This document shows positions 9,292 to 17,496 of a stretch of DNA of 32,000 nt, piece after piece (positions within the stretch are counted from its first letter, which is position 1; each line of letters opens with the position of its first letter). The position numbers were made by a program, and so were the translations under genes. The notes beneath the pieces were generated by a model. It was not told the DNA's origin. It was given only the letters and a program-made list of their open reading frames with translations, and did no database searches. This DNA comes from Pirellulales bacterium. GTDB lineage: Bacteria > Planctomycetota > Planctomycetia > Pirellulales > JAEUIK01. The stretch spans positions 2,529,896 to 2,561,895 of the forward strand of contig CBDDFU010000001.1 of NCBI GenBank assembly GCA_965227275.1, in the 5' to 3' direction.

Positions 9292-9373
9292 CGTGCTCGC
9301 TAGTTGGAAAGTTAGCTTTGGGAAGTTTCTCGGGTGATGTTTACAGTTGAAACAAAGTGTCTTGCGATCGGCG

Positions 9374-10516
9374 CTACTTCTCGGCAAGTGGCGTATCGAT
9401 CCAGGTCTTCTGTTCATAAGAACGCAACACGGCGTCGGCCACCCGCTGCGAATTCAATCCTTCGTAGTAATTGGGCACCGCGGGCCGCCCTTCGCAGATG
9501 GCCGAGACGAACTCCCAAGCCAGATCGTAGCGAAACACCGTGGCTGGCTCGCCGACACTAGGGTCGCGCGGGCTGTCCGAGGGCTTGAGGAACTTGTCCG
9601 GAACCGGGGTCGGCTCCAGGTCGTGGCCCGTTCGGCCCAGCAGGATGGTGTTCGGTTCGTGCAGGCGGTACACGGCCGACGCCTCCGCGCCGTTAATTTC
9701 AGCCCACTCGTGCCCGAAGCCATTGCGACCGTAACCTTTGGCCAGCGTGGTGCCTTCCCAGACTCCGACCGCGCCACAATCGAACTCGCCGATGAGGCAT
9801 GACCAGTCGTCGACGTTCGAGGGCGGGCAACTCGCACCGTCGGGTGTGGTGATGCGTTCGGCGAAGCGTGCCACCGCGCCGCAGACCTTGCGAATGGGTC
9901 CCAGCAGATCGATTGCAAAGTCGATGCGATGGATGGTCATATCGAACAAATCGCCGGCCCCCGCTTTGTCCTTATATTGCCGCCAACCCCAGCTTGTTTC
10001 TGGCCAGTCGAGGAAGCGTTGGGAACGAAAGTGCCGCGGCTCGCCTAGGTGTCCGTTGGTGATCAGGTGCTTCAGGTATCGCATGGCGGGGGCGAAGCGA
10101 TACGTAAAGGCGGTCATGTGTATCACACCCGCATCGCGTGCGGCCACGTACATGGCTTCGACTTCCGCCGCACTCAACCCCAGCGGCTTTTCGCACATCA
10201 CGTGTTTGCCGGCCGCCACCGCAGCCAGGGAGATGGGGCAATGCGTGAAGTTCGGGGTCGCAATGATCACAGCGTCCACGGCCGGGTTCGAAACCACGGC
10301 TTCGTAGTCGGTCGAGGCCGCGGGCAGCGGCCAGTCCTCGCGAAGCTTCGACCATTCCTCCGCCCGACGGGTAGCCAACGCTTGGTCGGCGTCGCATACC
10401 GCCGCCAGTCGGGCACGCCGGTCGAGTGCCATCCCGGGAACATGATGATAGTCGCTGACTGCGCCCGCACCGATGATGGCCACCCCAACCGCGTCGTTCT
10501 TGCCTCGATCGTTCAT
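9374..10516 (-). CDS. Gfo/Idh/MocA family NAD(P)-dependent oxidoreductase
   Basis: Rossmann motif VGVAIIGAGAVSDYH close to the N-terminus, then MCEKPL and the C-terminal alpha/beta domain. ATG at 10516 is preferred over the TTG at 10537. Confidence 0.85.
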   Translation of the reverse strand: MNDRGKNDAVGVAIIGAGAVSDYHHVPGMALDRRARLAAVCDADQALATRRAEEWSKLREDWPLPAASTDYEAVVSNPAVDAVIIATPNFTHCPISLAAVAAGKHVMCEKPLGLSAAEVEAMYVAARDAGVIHMTAFTYRFAPAMRYLKHLITNGHLGEPRHFRSQRFLDWPETSWGWRQYKDKAGAGDLFDMTIHRIDFAIDLLGPIRKVCGAVARFAERITTPDGASCPPSNVDDWSCLIGEFDCGAVGVWEGTTLAKGYGRNGFGHEWAEINGAEASAVYRLHEPNTILLGRTGHDLEPTPVPDKFLKPSDSPRDPSVGEPATVFRYDLAWEFVSAICEGRPAVPNYYEGLNSQRVADAVLRSYEQKTWIDTPLAEK

Positions 10517-10767
10517 CCTGCCATCCACGGTGTCCAAGAATTCTGAGGGACGTACAGCCCTTCTGCGTCCCCAGCGACATTGCCCAAGCAGATTACGCGG
10601 TCCACGACGTTCTCACAAGTCACGGGCGGGGGTGAACTTTATCACAAGAATCGAGATCGAGGGCCGAACCCCAGGTACGCCGATGCGCCCAGGGGTTTTC
10701 AGGTCGAAGTGAAATCGATGTTTGCGAGACGAACGGCGTGGGATACCGTGTGACCAGGCAACATGCG

Positions 10768-12531
10768 ATGAAATCCGACGTCCTCCAGCAATACGAAACT
10801 CGATATTCCACGTGGCAGCGACGGGCGACGGCCTGCCAACGGGCCGATCGCTGGCTGGCACGTGCTCGCCGCGTGATTGCCTACCCGGTGATTATCTATG
10901 TGATCTTCGATCCCACTGTCGCTGCGGTGCTGGGTCCGTTGGCAATCGTTATCCTGGTGCTGGCCGTGGCCCAGACGCGGTATGTTCGGCAGTGGCGAAA
11001 GGCCTCCCGCGCGGCCGACTTCCATTCCGCGGGAATTCGCAGGCTCAACGACGACTGGATTGGTCGCGGAGACCCCGGCTGGCGATACTTTCGAGCCGCG
11101 GGTTCCACGAAACATCTCTACGCCGACGATCTCGACATCTTCGGGCCAGGATCTTTGTTCGAGCTGCTATGTACCGCTCGCACGAGATTGGGATCCGACA
11201 GCCTGGCTTCCTGGCTGACCCGTCCCAGTTCGGTCGCGGATGTCCAATCCCGGCAAGCCGCGGCACGCGAGCTTCGCGACGATCTGGATCTCCGAGAGAC
11301 ATTGGCCGCGCTGGAATTCGACCAGCGCAAGATATGGCCGCAGGCAGTGGAACGCTGGCCCACCTACAACGCGTTGTTGCCTTCACTCGCATGGCGGGTG
11401 GTGGGACACCTTTTGGCTTGGCTTCTGGGGCTGGCTGTACTGGGGGTACTCTTGTTTGGAGCGACCTTGCGAGACCCGTGGGGGTTTCTGGCCATCGCAA
11501 TCGTTGCCGAAGCCGTGTTCTTCTATTCCAGACGCCGTGTTGCCAGAGAGATTGCACAACAGGTCGGGCCCGCAGGGCTCACGCTCTCTTCCACCGCCCG
11601 TCTGTCCGCGCCGTTTGTGAATCGGACATTCCAATCACCGCGGCTGGCTGAATTGCAGCAGGCACTTCGGCAGATTCCAGGGCTGGCCCATCCCCGGTCG
11701 CTGCGTTGTTATGGACTATTACTACAAAACCCGGTTGTTCATCTGTTGGCCGCCCAGGCATGTCCTTGGTTGGATACCTGGCGGCGTTCGTATGCGGAAC
11801 AACCAACCGCTCCTTCGCATGTCATGGGTGAACTGGAAGCGATCTGTGCTCTTGCCGCCTACGCCTTCGAGAACCCTGAGGATTCGATTCCAGAACTTGT
11901 CGAGCAGGGCTCCTGCTTCCATGGCATTGGGCTTGCGCATCCGTTGCTTCCTGCGTCGAACTGCGTTCGAAACGACGTGCGACTGGACGCTGAGACACGA
12001 CTGCTGATCGTCAGTGGGTCGAACATGTCAGGGAAGAGTACTCTGCTGCGGGCCGTGGGCGTGAATGCCGTGCTGGCATTCGCGGGTGCTGTTGTGCGGG
12101 CCACGGAGTTCAAGGTCTCGCCCCTGACACTTGGAACCGCCATGCGATTTCGCGATTCGTTGCAGGAGGGGAACTCGTACTTCTCCACCAGTATTCACCG
12201 GCTGAAGCAGGTGGTTGATGAGAACTCCGCAGAACGCCCCCTGCTTTTTCTGTTCGACGAGATGCTCTCGGGCACGAATTCCACCGACCGTGTTGCCGGA
12301 GCCGAAGCCGTGCTGCGGAAGCTATTGGATGGCGGCGCCATTGGAATGATAACGACCCACGACCTGGCATTGACCGAATTGTCCAAGGTGTTGGGCTCCA
12401 CGGTGGTCAATGCGCATTGTGAACACAAATTGGTCGACGGCAAGATGACATTCGACTATCGTTTACGTCCCGGGGTCGTTCAACGAAGCAATGCCGTGGC
12501 GTTGATGCGCAGTCTCGGGCTGGAGGTTTGA
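10768..12531 (+). CDS. MutS-related ATPase (MutS domain V) with N-terminal transmembrane helices; lacks the mismatch-binding domain
   Basis: Walker A LIVSGSNMSGKSTLLRAVG (GSNMSGKST at 12016-12042), Walker B LFLFDEMLSGTNS, and MITTHD. About four hydrophobic helices lie in the N-terminal half (VIAYPVIIYVIF..LGPLAIVILVLAVA; LLAWLLGLAVLGVLLF..FLAIAIVAEAVFF). An alternative GTG start is at 10738. Confidence 0.8.
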   Translation: MKSDVLQQYETRYSTWQRRATACQRADRWLARARRVIAYPVIIYVIFDPTVAAVLGPLAIVILVLAVAQTRYVRQWRKASRAADFHSAGIRRLNDDWIGRGDPGWRYFRAAGSTKHLYADDLDIFGPGSLFELLCTARTRLGSDSLASWLTRPSSVADVQSRQAAARELRDDLDLRETLAALEFDQRKIWPQAVERWPTYNALLPSLAWRVVGHLLAWLLGLAVLGVLLFGATLRDPWGFLAIAIVAEAVFFYSRRRVAREIAQQVGPAGLTLSSTARLSAPFVNRTFQSPRLAELQQALRQIPGLAHPRSLRCYGLLLQNPVVHLLAAQACPWLDTWRRSYAEQPTAPSHVMGELEAICALAAYAFENPEDSIPELVEQGSCFHGIGLAHPLLPASNCVRNDVRLDAETRLLIVSGSNMSGKSTLLRAVGVNAVLAFAGAVVRATEFKVSPLTLGTAMRFRDSLQEGNSYFSTSIHRLKQVVDENSAERPLLFLFDEMLSGTNSTDRVAGAEAVLRKLLDGGAIGMITTHDLALTELSKVLGSTVVNAHCEHKLVDGKMTFDYRLRPGVVQRSNAVALMRSLGLEV

Positions 12532-12594
12532 GCCCCGTCGATTCCACCCGTGGAGTACCAAGAGTTCGGCTGTTTCGCGCGAGCTTTCCATTTC

Positions 12595-13356
12595 ATGTGC
12601 CTAATTGCCATCGGTTTCCAGCTTGTTGAAGATTGCCCTTTGGTGGTGGCGGCCAATCGCGAAGAGTATTTCGATCGTCCCGCGACACGACCGGCGATTC
12701 AATCGGTGGAAATTGATCGAGGGCTTACCCGGCAGTACGTCTGCGGGCTCGACCAGCGGGCCAGCGGTACGTGGCTAGGTGTGAATGACGCGGGCCTGTT
12801 GATCGCCGTGACGAACCGCTACCACAAGCCGGTACCTCCGGATCCCCGCTCGCGAGGTTTGTTATGTTCGGAACTGCTCCTTCTGTCTGATGCTCAGCAG
12901 GCGGCTGACAGGGCGGTGGAAGAGTTTCGCACTGGGAGATACGCGGGAGCGAATTTTGCCTGCCTCGATCGCAATTCCGGAGTCATCGTTCACGGTGGGG
13001 AGGAGATTCGCTGCGAAGCGTTAACCCCAGGGTTACATCTCATTACCAATGGCGATTTGAACGACGACAAGGATGACCGGCAGCGGTTCTTTCGCGCGTT
13101 GTATGCCGAAGATCAAGCACAAACGGCCGCGGAGTTTATTGCGAATACCTCGAAGATCTGTGCCCAAGGGCCCGACGAGGCGAATGAGCGGACGATCGTC
13201 GTCCGCGTGGTCGATCGCGGAACCGTTTCATCTTCGCTGGTGGCCGTGCCCGAGGACCCCACGCAAGCCGTCTACCAGCATGCCCCCGGCCCACCGGATT
13301 GGACTCCGTACGAAGATTACTCTTCGCTGCTGCGAGGCATCCTTCGCTCGTCGTAA
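12595..13356 (+). CDS. NRDE family (TANGO2/DUF833-like) protein
   Basis: ORF 12550..13356. The internal Met at 12595 gives the family-typical MCLI N-terminus, followed by AANREEYFDRP, GTWLGVNDAGLLIAVTNRY and RSRGLL. Confidence 0.75.
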   Translation: MCLIAIGFQLVEDCPLVVAANREEYFDRPATRPAIQSVEIDRGLTRQYVCGLDQRASGTWLGVNDAGLLIAVTNRYHKPVPPDPRSRGLLCSELLLLSDAQQAADRAVEEFRTGRYAGANFACLDRNSGVIVHGGEEIRCEALTPGLHLITNGDLNDDKDDRQRFFRALYAEDQAQTAAEFIANTSKICAQGPDEANERTIVVRVVDRGTVSSSLVAVPEDPTQAVYQHAPGPPDWTPYEDYSSLLRGILRSS

Positions 13357-13409
13357 GGAGTGGCTTGAAAACAAACTCAGCATCTGCCAGAAAGTTGGAC
13401 CTTACCAGG

Positions 13410-13967
13410 TGAGGTGAACTACAACCGAATTGCACACCGTCTCGGATTGCCCAGCCGTATGTCGGCTGGGTCGACGGAGCCGACAAGACGCCTTAAGAGG
13501 AAGTCTGAATAAGTGTTGAGTCTGGGATCTGTGTAAGTTCTTACGCAACAATCCGAAGCGGAGATCACCACGACACCAGCGCTGGTGGTTGCTCGAAGAG
13601 TCTGTCGGAATCCGGCCCTCGATCGCTTATGAACGGGAAGTGCGCGGATGGTTTGCGCGAACCCCAGGGCATCTTGTCGCCTTCGGCGACCCAGCCGGCA
13701 TGCGGCAGGGTTATCCGAGACGATAAGAAGCCTTGAAGTAAAGTCTGAACGAGTGTTGCGTTTGGGTTCTGTATCGACTTTAAGCGACAAGCCGAAGTGG
13801 AAATCACCACATCACCAGCGTTCGTGGTTGTCTAAAGCGTCTGTCGGAATCCAGTGCTCGATCGACCGCGAACGGCAAGTCCTTGGTTGGTTTGCGCGAA
13901 CTTCAGAGCTTCTTGTCGCCTGCGACGACCCAGCCGACGTGCGACTGGGCTATCAGTTTTAGCAGCG
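13410..13967. repeat. Divergent tandem repeat, period 239-240 bp, about 2.3 copies, noncoding
   Basis: Conserved blocks recur at a fixed offset. AAGTCTGAA is at 13501 and 13741. TCTGTCGGAATCC is at 13601 and 13840. GTTTGCGCGAAC is at 13651 and 13890. CTTGTCGCC, GACCCAGCCG and GCCTT(A/G)AG also recur. A partial leading copy spans about 13410-13488. By eye the full units are roughly 70-75 percent identical, with 1-nt and 3-nt indels. Confidence 0.85.
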
Positions 13968-13991
13968 AGGAGAATTGGCAAAACGTATGCT

Positions 13992-14675
13992 TCAATTCGT
14001 AGCGCAGACTTCATCGGCGAATTCGTAGAGCAGAGCGTTGCCGCGTTTGCCGACCTGTCGCGTGGTTCCCATCTCGCGAAAGCAATACGCGATTTGTTGG
14101 GCCGACGAACGATTGATGTCCAGTGCGGTCGCCAACTGTTGCGTGTCGAACGGCTGTGGAAGCTTCACCCCGACGAAGTGTCGCAGGTCGACGGCGCGGT
14201 GCAGTGAGTGCATCTCGACGATTTCGACGAGCCGTCGATCTTCGACCACCTGGTCCGTCTTTCGCCAACGGCGCCGTCTGCCATGGCCCGGATAGCGGAG
14301 TTCCTCGACATCGACCACCAGCACATCGAGCGACAATCGCTCGTGTGGAAACACCCGGGTGAAGTGGACAAGTTCTTCGAACACGTCCAAGCGCGATCCC
14401 CGTTTAGGGCTGAGACGCCGGTGCTTGATCGTTCCGGCCTTCGAGGTCTGCTTGACCAGGTGCTTTCGCCCAATGACGGGCTTCACCACTCGCACGCGGT
14501 GCTCGTCGAGTAGATCGTTGATCTTGTCGCGGATGGCCGCCAGCGAACCGTGTTGAATCTCGACCAACTCTTCGCCGCTCACCACGTCAATGCGATAGTC
14601 GCCCAGCGTGATTTCGGTCTGCGACACATCTTCTGCGTACAGCTCTTTCAACTGGCGATGCAACGAGGTTTCCAC
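13992..14675 (-). CDS. Hypothetical protein; CoiA-like / PD-(D/E)XK-fold nuclease N-terminal domain with a C-terminal winged-helix-like domain
   Basis: 227-aa ORF with a GTG start. The N-terminus HRQLKELY...GDYRIDVVSGEELVEIQHGSL resembles the CoiA-type nuclease core (H..LK, D, EIQ). The C-terminus FDTQQLATALDINRSSAQQIAYCFREMGTTRQVGKRGNALLYEF looks like a wHTH. The family assignment is tentative. Confidence 0.5.
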   Translation of the reverse strand: METSLHRQLKELYAEDVSQTEITLGDYRIDVVSGEELVEIQHGSLAAIRDKINDLLDEHRVRVVKPVIGRKHLVKQTSKAGTIKHRRLSPKRGSRLDVFEELVHFTRVFPHERLSLDVLVVDVEELRYPGHGRRRRWRKTDQVVEDRRLVEIVEMHSLHRAVDLRHFVGVKLPQPFDTQQLATALDINRSSAQQIAYCFREMGTTRQVGKRGNALLYEFADEVCATN

Positions 14676-14838
14676 GCGATTTCTGGGGCTGAACCGATGA
14701 GGACGTGAAACGACAATCCCATCTATCTGTCATCGGAATTCGCGCAAGCCACGCTTCAGCAAGAATCACGGTCGCATTCGCTTAGGAAGATGTTACGCGG
14801 ATCCGTTCACCACCATGCCCGAGAAGAAACGCACGATG

Positions 14839-15468
14839 CTAGCCCGCATCGGGGGCTGGGGGCTCGATCCCAAAATCGCGAATGGTCAGCAGCGGGTCAA
14901 ACTTGTAGCCTCGCGATTCGAAACATTCGCGTCCGCCTTCCAGGCGGTCGATTACGGCCAGCACGCCGCGTACTTTCAGGCCGAATTGCTCGCAACGCTC
15001 AATGGCCAGCAGCGAAGAGCCGCCGGTGGTTACCACATCTTCGACGATGACCACTTCATCGCCTGCGGTGACGGGGCCCTCGATGTAGCGTTCGAGGCCA
15101 TGCCCCTTGGGTTCTTTGCGAACCATGAACCCCAGAAGTTCCTGATTATTCACGCCGGCAATCGTGATGATGGCCGCCGTGATCGGGTCGGCACCAATAG
15201 CCATGCCGCCCACGGCCTTGGGGAGCGAATCGCCGAGTTGTTCAAGCATTCCCTCGGCCACCAGACGTGCGCCTTGGGAAGAGAGCGTCACCTGTTTACC
15301 GTCGAGGTAATACGAGGCCTTCTTGCCCGAAACCAAGGTAAACTCGCCGAACTTGAGCGCGCGCTCGCGGACTAACTCCAACAATGCCTGTCGATCGTAC
15401 ACAGCCTGAGCCTCACGTGATGCGGGAATCGATGCAATCGAATCCCCATCGTATAACACGTCAGGCAT
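14839..15468 (-). CDS. pyrE: Orotate phosphoribosyltransferase
   Basis: FTLVSGKKASYYLDGK, VGGMAIGADPI, and PRPP-binding motif VVIVEDVVTTGGS. The 209-aa length is typical. Confidence 0.9.
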   Translation of the reverse strand: MPDVLYDGDSIASIPASREAQAVYDRQALLELVRERALKFGEFTLVSGKKASYYLDGKQVTLSSQGARLVAEGMLEQLGDSLPKAVGGMAIGADPITAAIITIAGVNNQELLGFMVRKEPKGHGLERYIEGPVTAGDEVVIVEDVVTTGGSSLLAIERCEQFGLKVRGVLAVIDRLEGGRECFESRGYKFDPLLTIRDFGIEPPAPDAG

Positions 15469-15505
15469 GCGACGACCAGAGGCCGAAGCAGCACGGGCTC
15501 TGAAA

Positions 15506-16825
15506 TCAGCGGCGAATCACCACTCGCGAGCCAACGCTCAGGATGTCGTACACGTCGGCCACGTCGGCGGGGCTGAGACGAACGCATCCGCGAGATTCGG
15601 ACTTGCCGATGCTCTCGGGATTGTTCGTGCCGTGAATTCCCAGTCCATTACCCAAATCGATCCACCGCTCGCCCAACGGATTGTTGGGATCGTCGGCGGC
15701 AATCTGTTGGTCGGGACCGTAGTACACCGGGTTTTCGAGCTTCTGCTGAACGGTGTACTCGCCGACCGGCGTCGAGTTTTCCTGTCCGATTCCAATGCGG
15801 AAGCGACCGGCGTAACGACCCTGGATGTAGAGCGTGAGCAAGAACTCATCCAAGTCGACCACGGCGTCGAAGGGGCCCGGGACAACTTTCAATTCCGTTC
15901 CCACGGGCAACTGGTTCGGTGCCACGCCGTTGATTTTGGCCACTAATTGCCACGGCACCTGGAAGCTTTCGGCAATCGACTGCAGCGTATCGCCCGGCTG
16001 CACGATGTACGCCGGCACCAGCAGGTTGTGCTGATTCGAGTAGACCACGGTTCCGGCAACGCGGTCCAGAATCCGCATCAAATCCTGATGTTCTATGGCA
16101 GACAGACGGGGGTCGTCGTACCAACGCGAAAGTTCCAAGTGTGCGTTGGCCACATCGCCTTGTTCCAGTTGTTGGCGAATTCCGTCCATTGCAGCAGCAA
16201 AATCATTCGCGCCGATGGCGGCCGTTTCCGCCTCAGACGCACTCTGCGAGGTGGCAGCAACCATCTCTTGGTTGAACGAAGCTGCGGGGGTTTGCGATGT
16301 GGTCGGAGTCTCTCCTGGCATCGCGTTTTCCGAATCAGCAGGGGCCGTGTTCAAAGCGGCCTCGGCCGTAGGAACAGGAGGCGTGTGCACGGGCAACTCG
16401 CTAGGATTGGCCACCGCTGGCGCGGGGGTTTGGGTTTCCAGCCCTTGCGTATCAGCCGGCGCGCTGGGCACCGCGGGAAGCCCTGCGTTGAACGGAGGAG
16501 CGTCGCTGGGCGGGGCCATGGCTGAATCGGCCTGAAACGGCGGGGCATCTCCGCCAGCCGCCGGGCTACCGAACGCCGGAGCTTCGCCAAGCGGAGCTTC
16601 CGGATCGGCCACGTATCCGCTGGAGGTTGGCGGTTCGACGGGCAACATCGTGGCGGGAGTTCCGCCGGGACCCATCTCGGGAATTTCGATCTTCGGAGCG
16701 TCCGCCCAATCTTCCGGGAGACCCTCGGGCGGCGGTCCTGGTGGTTCGGTGGTAAGAACCAAATAGACGCCGTAGGAGATGCCTCCTAATAGAAAGATAA
16801 TCAACATGGACTTGAGCGAGCTCAC
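15506..16825 (-). CDS. LysM domain plus L,D-transpeptidase (YkuD) domain protein with N-terminal membrane anchor and a long Pro/Ala-rich linker
   Basis: GTG start at 16825 preceded by AAGGAGGA at ideal spacing. TM anchor MLIIFLLGGISYGVYLVL. LysM block VQPGDTLQSIAESFQVPWQLVAKINGV. YkuD catalytic block GIHGTNNPESIGKSESRGCVRL. Confidence 0.85.
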   Translation of the reverse strand: MSSLKSMLIIFLLGGISYGVYLVLTTEPPGPPPEGLPEDWADAPKIEIPEMGPGGTPATMLPVEPPTSSGYVADPEAPLGEAPAFGSPAAGGDAPPFQADSAMAPPSDAPPFNAGLPAVPSAPADTQGLETQTPAPAVANPSELPVHTPPVPTAEAALNTAPADSENAMPGETPTTSQTPAASFNQEMVAATSQSASEAETAAIGANDFAAAMDGIRQQLEQGDVANAHLELSRWYDDPRLSAIEHQDLMRILDRVAGTVVYSNQHNLLVPAYIVQPGDTLQSIAESFQVPWQLVAKINGVAPNQLPVGTELKVVPGPFDAVVDLDEFLLTLYIQGRYAGRFRIGIGQENSTPVGEYTVQQKLENPVYYGPDQQIAADDPNNPLGERWIDLGNGLGIHGTNNPESIGKSESRGCVRLSPADVADVYDILSVGSRVVIRR

Positions 16826-17011
16826 GATCGTCCTCCTTGACGATGACGTGCCTGACGAATGTGGATATTCTCAGCGGAGCGGATTCGCTGAACGGCGAGC
16901 GTCCCTACTGAGAATCTTGCTGTTGTTCTGTCCTGCGAAAGTCTGGGTTTCGATGATCTTGCACACGAGCATTCCTTTGCGCCGCGTGCCTACTTTTCGG
17001 TTAGCCGTTTG

Positions 17012-17272
17012 ATGACTGATTCAGATTATTACGACGACGATTACGAAGATGATTTCGATGAAGGCTACGAAGAAGACTCGTGGTCCGATGACGACGTCGA
17101 CATGATCGAGTGCCCTTCGTGTCACACCATGATTTACGAAGACAGCGTTCAGTGTCCCCACTGCCAGGAATACGTCTCACACTCGACGTCGGTGTGGGCC
17201 GATCGCCCTTGGTGGTGGTATGTGCTGGCCGTCTCGGGAACGGTAGCCCTGGTGTTTGCGCTAGTTCTCTAA
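17012..17272 (+). CDS. Small membrane protein with acidic N-terminus and zinc-ribbon (CxxC...CxxC)
   Basis: MTDSDYYDDDYEDDFDEGYEEDSWSDDDVD, then ECPSCHTMIYEDSVQCPHCQEY, then a C-terminal helix WWWYVLAVSGTVALVFALVL. Confidence 0.6.
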   Translation: MTDSDYYDDDYEDDFDEGYEEDSWSDDDVDMIECPSCHTMIYEDSVQCPHCQEYVSHSTSVWADRPWWWYVLAVSGTVALVFALVL

Positions 17273-17496
17273 TTCTTACAATCGGCAGCGAAGCGATCTC
17301 TCACCCGCGATTCTGGCTGCCGCGGGCGAAAAAGCGGGCGGATAGTAATCAAACCCCCGATTCGGTTCCAGATCATCGTCCTTCGATTGGAAAGAAGCCG
17401 CTGTCGATGCAAGAGACGCGCGCACTGCTGGCGGGCGGTTGGACTACAAAATGTCCATATCGAAGGACAAGAAGGATTGAGTAAGCGGTTGGAATT

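Noticed and set aside
8599-9303. 234-aa plus-strand ORF
   Set aside because: Antisense to pepF, whose identity is secure (HEAGH motif and full-length family similarity). Shadow ORF.
10284-10295. tRNA T-loop-like motif GGGTTCGAAACC
   Set aside because: It lies inside the well-supported Gfo/Idh/MocA CDS, and the flanks do not form acceptor, D or anticodon arms.
13419-13962. ORFs inside the tandem repeat (13419..13790-, 13565..13810-, 13648..13962+, 13832..14014-)
   Set aside because: Similarity between repeat units is higher at the nucleotide level than at the amino-acid level. The units differ by 1-nt and 3-nt indels that break frame conservation, and the products are Arg-rich low-complexity sequence. 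The repeat is treated as noncoding.
13410-13967. Possible CRISPR array
   Set aside because: The units are about 240 bp, directly abutting and diverged. There are no short identical repeats separated by unique spacers, and no cas genes in the window.
14697-14739. Inverted repeat CCGATGA...TCATCGG downstream of pyrE
   Set aside because: Only 7-bp arms with a 29-nt loop and no U-tract. Too weak to call a terminator.
14815-15375. 186-aa plus-strand ORF
   Set aside because: Antisense to pyrE. The pyrE frame carries the PRPP-binding motif, and this frame has none.
16225-16745. Apparent repetitiveness in the LysM-YkuD gene
   Set aside because: It reflects a Pro/Ala/Thr-rich disordered linker at the protein level. 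No exact DNA tandem repeat is visible.
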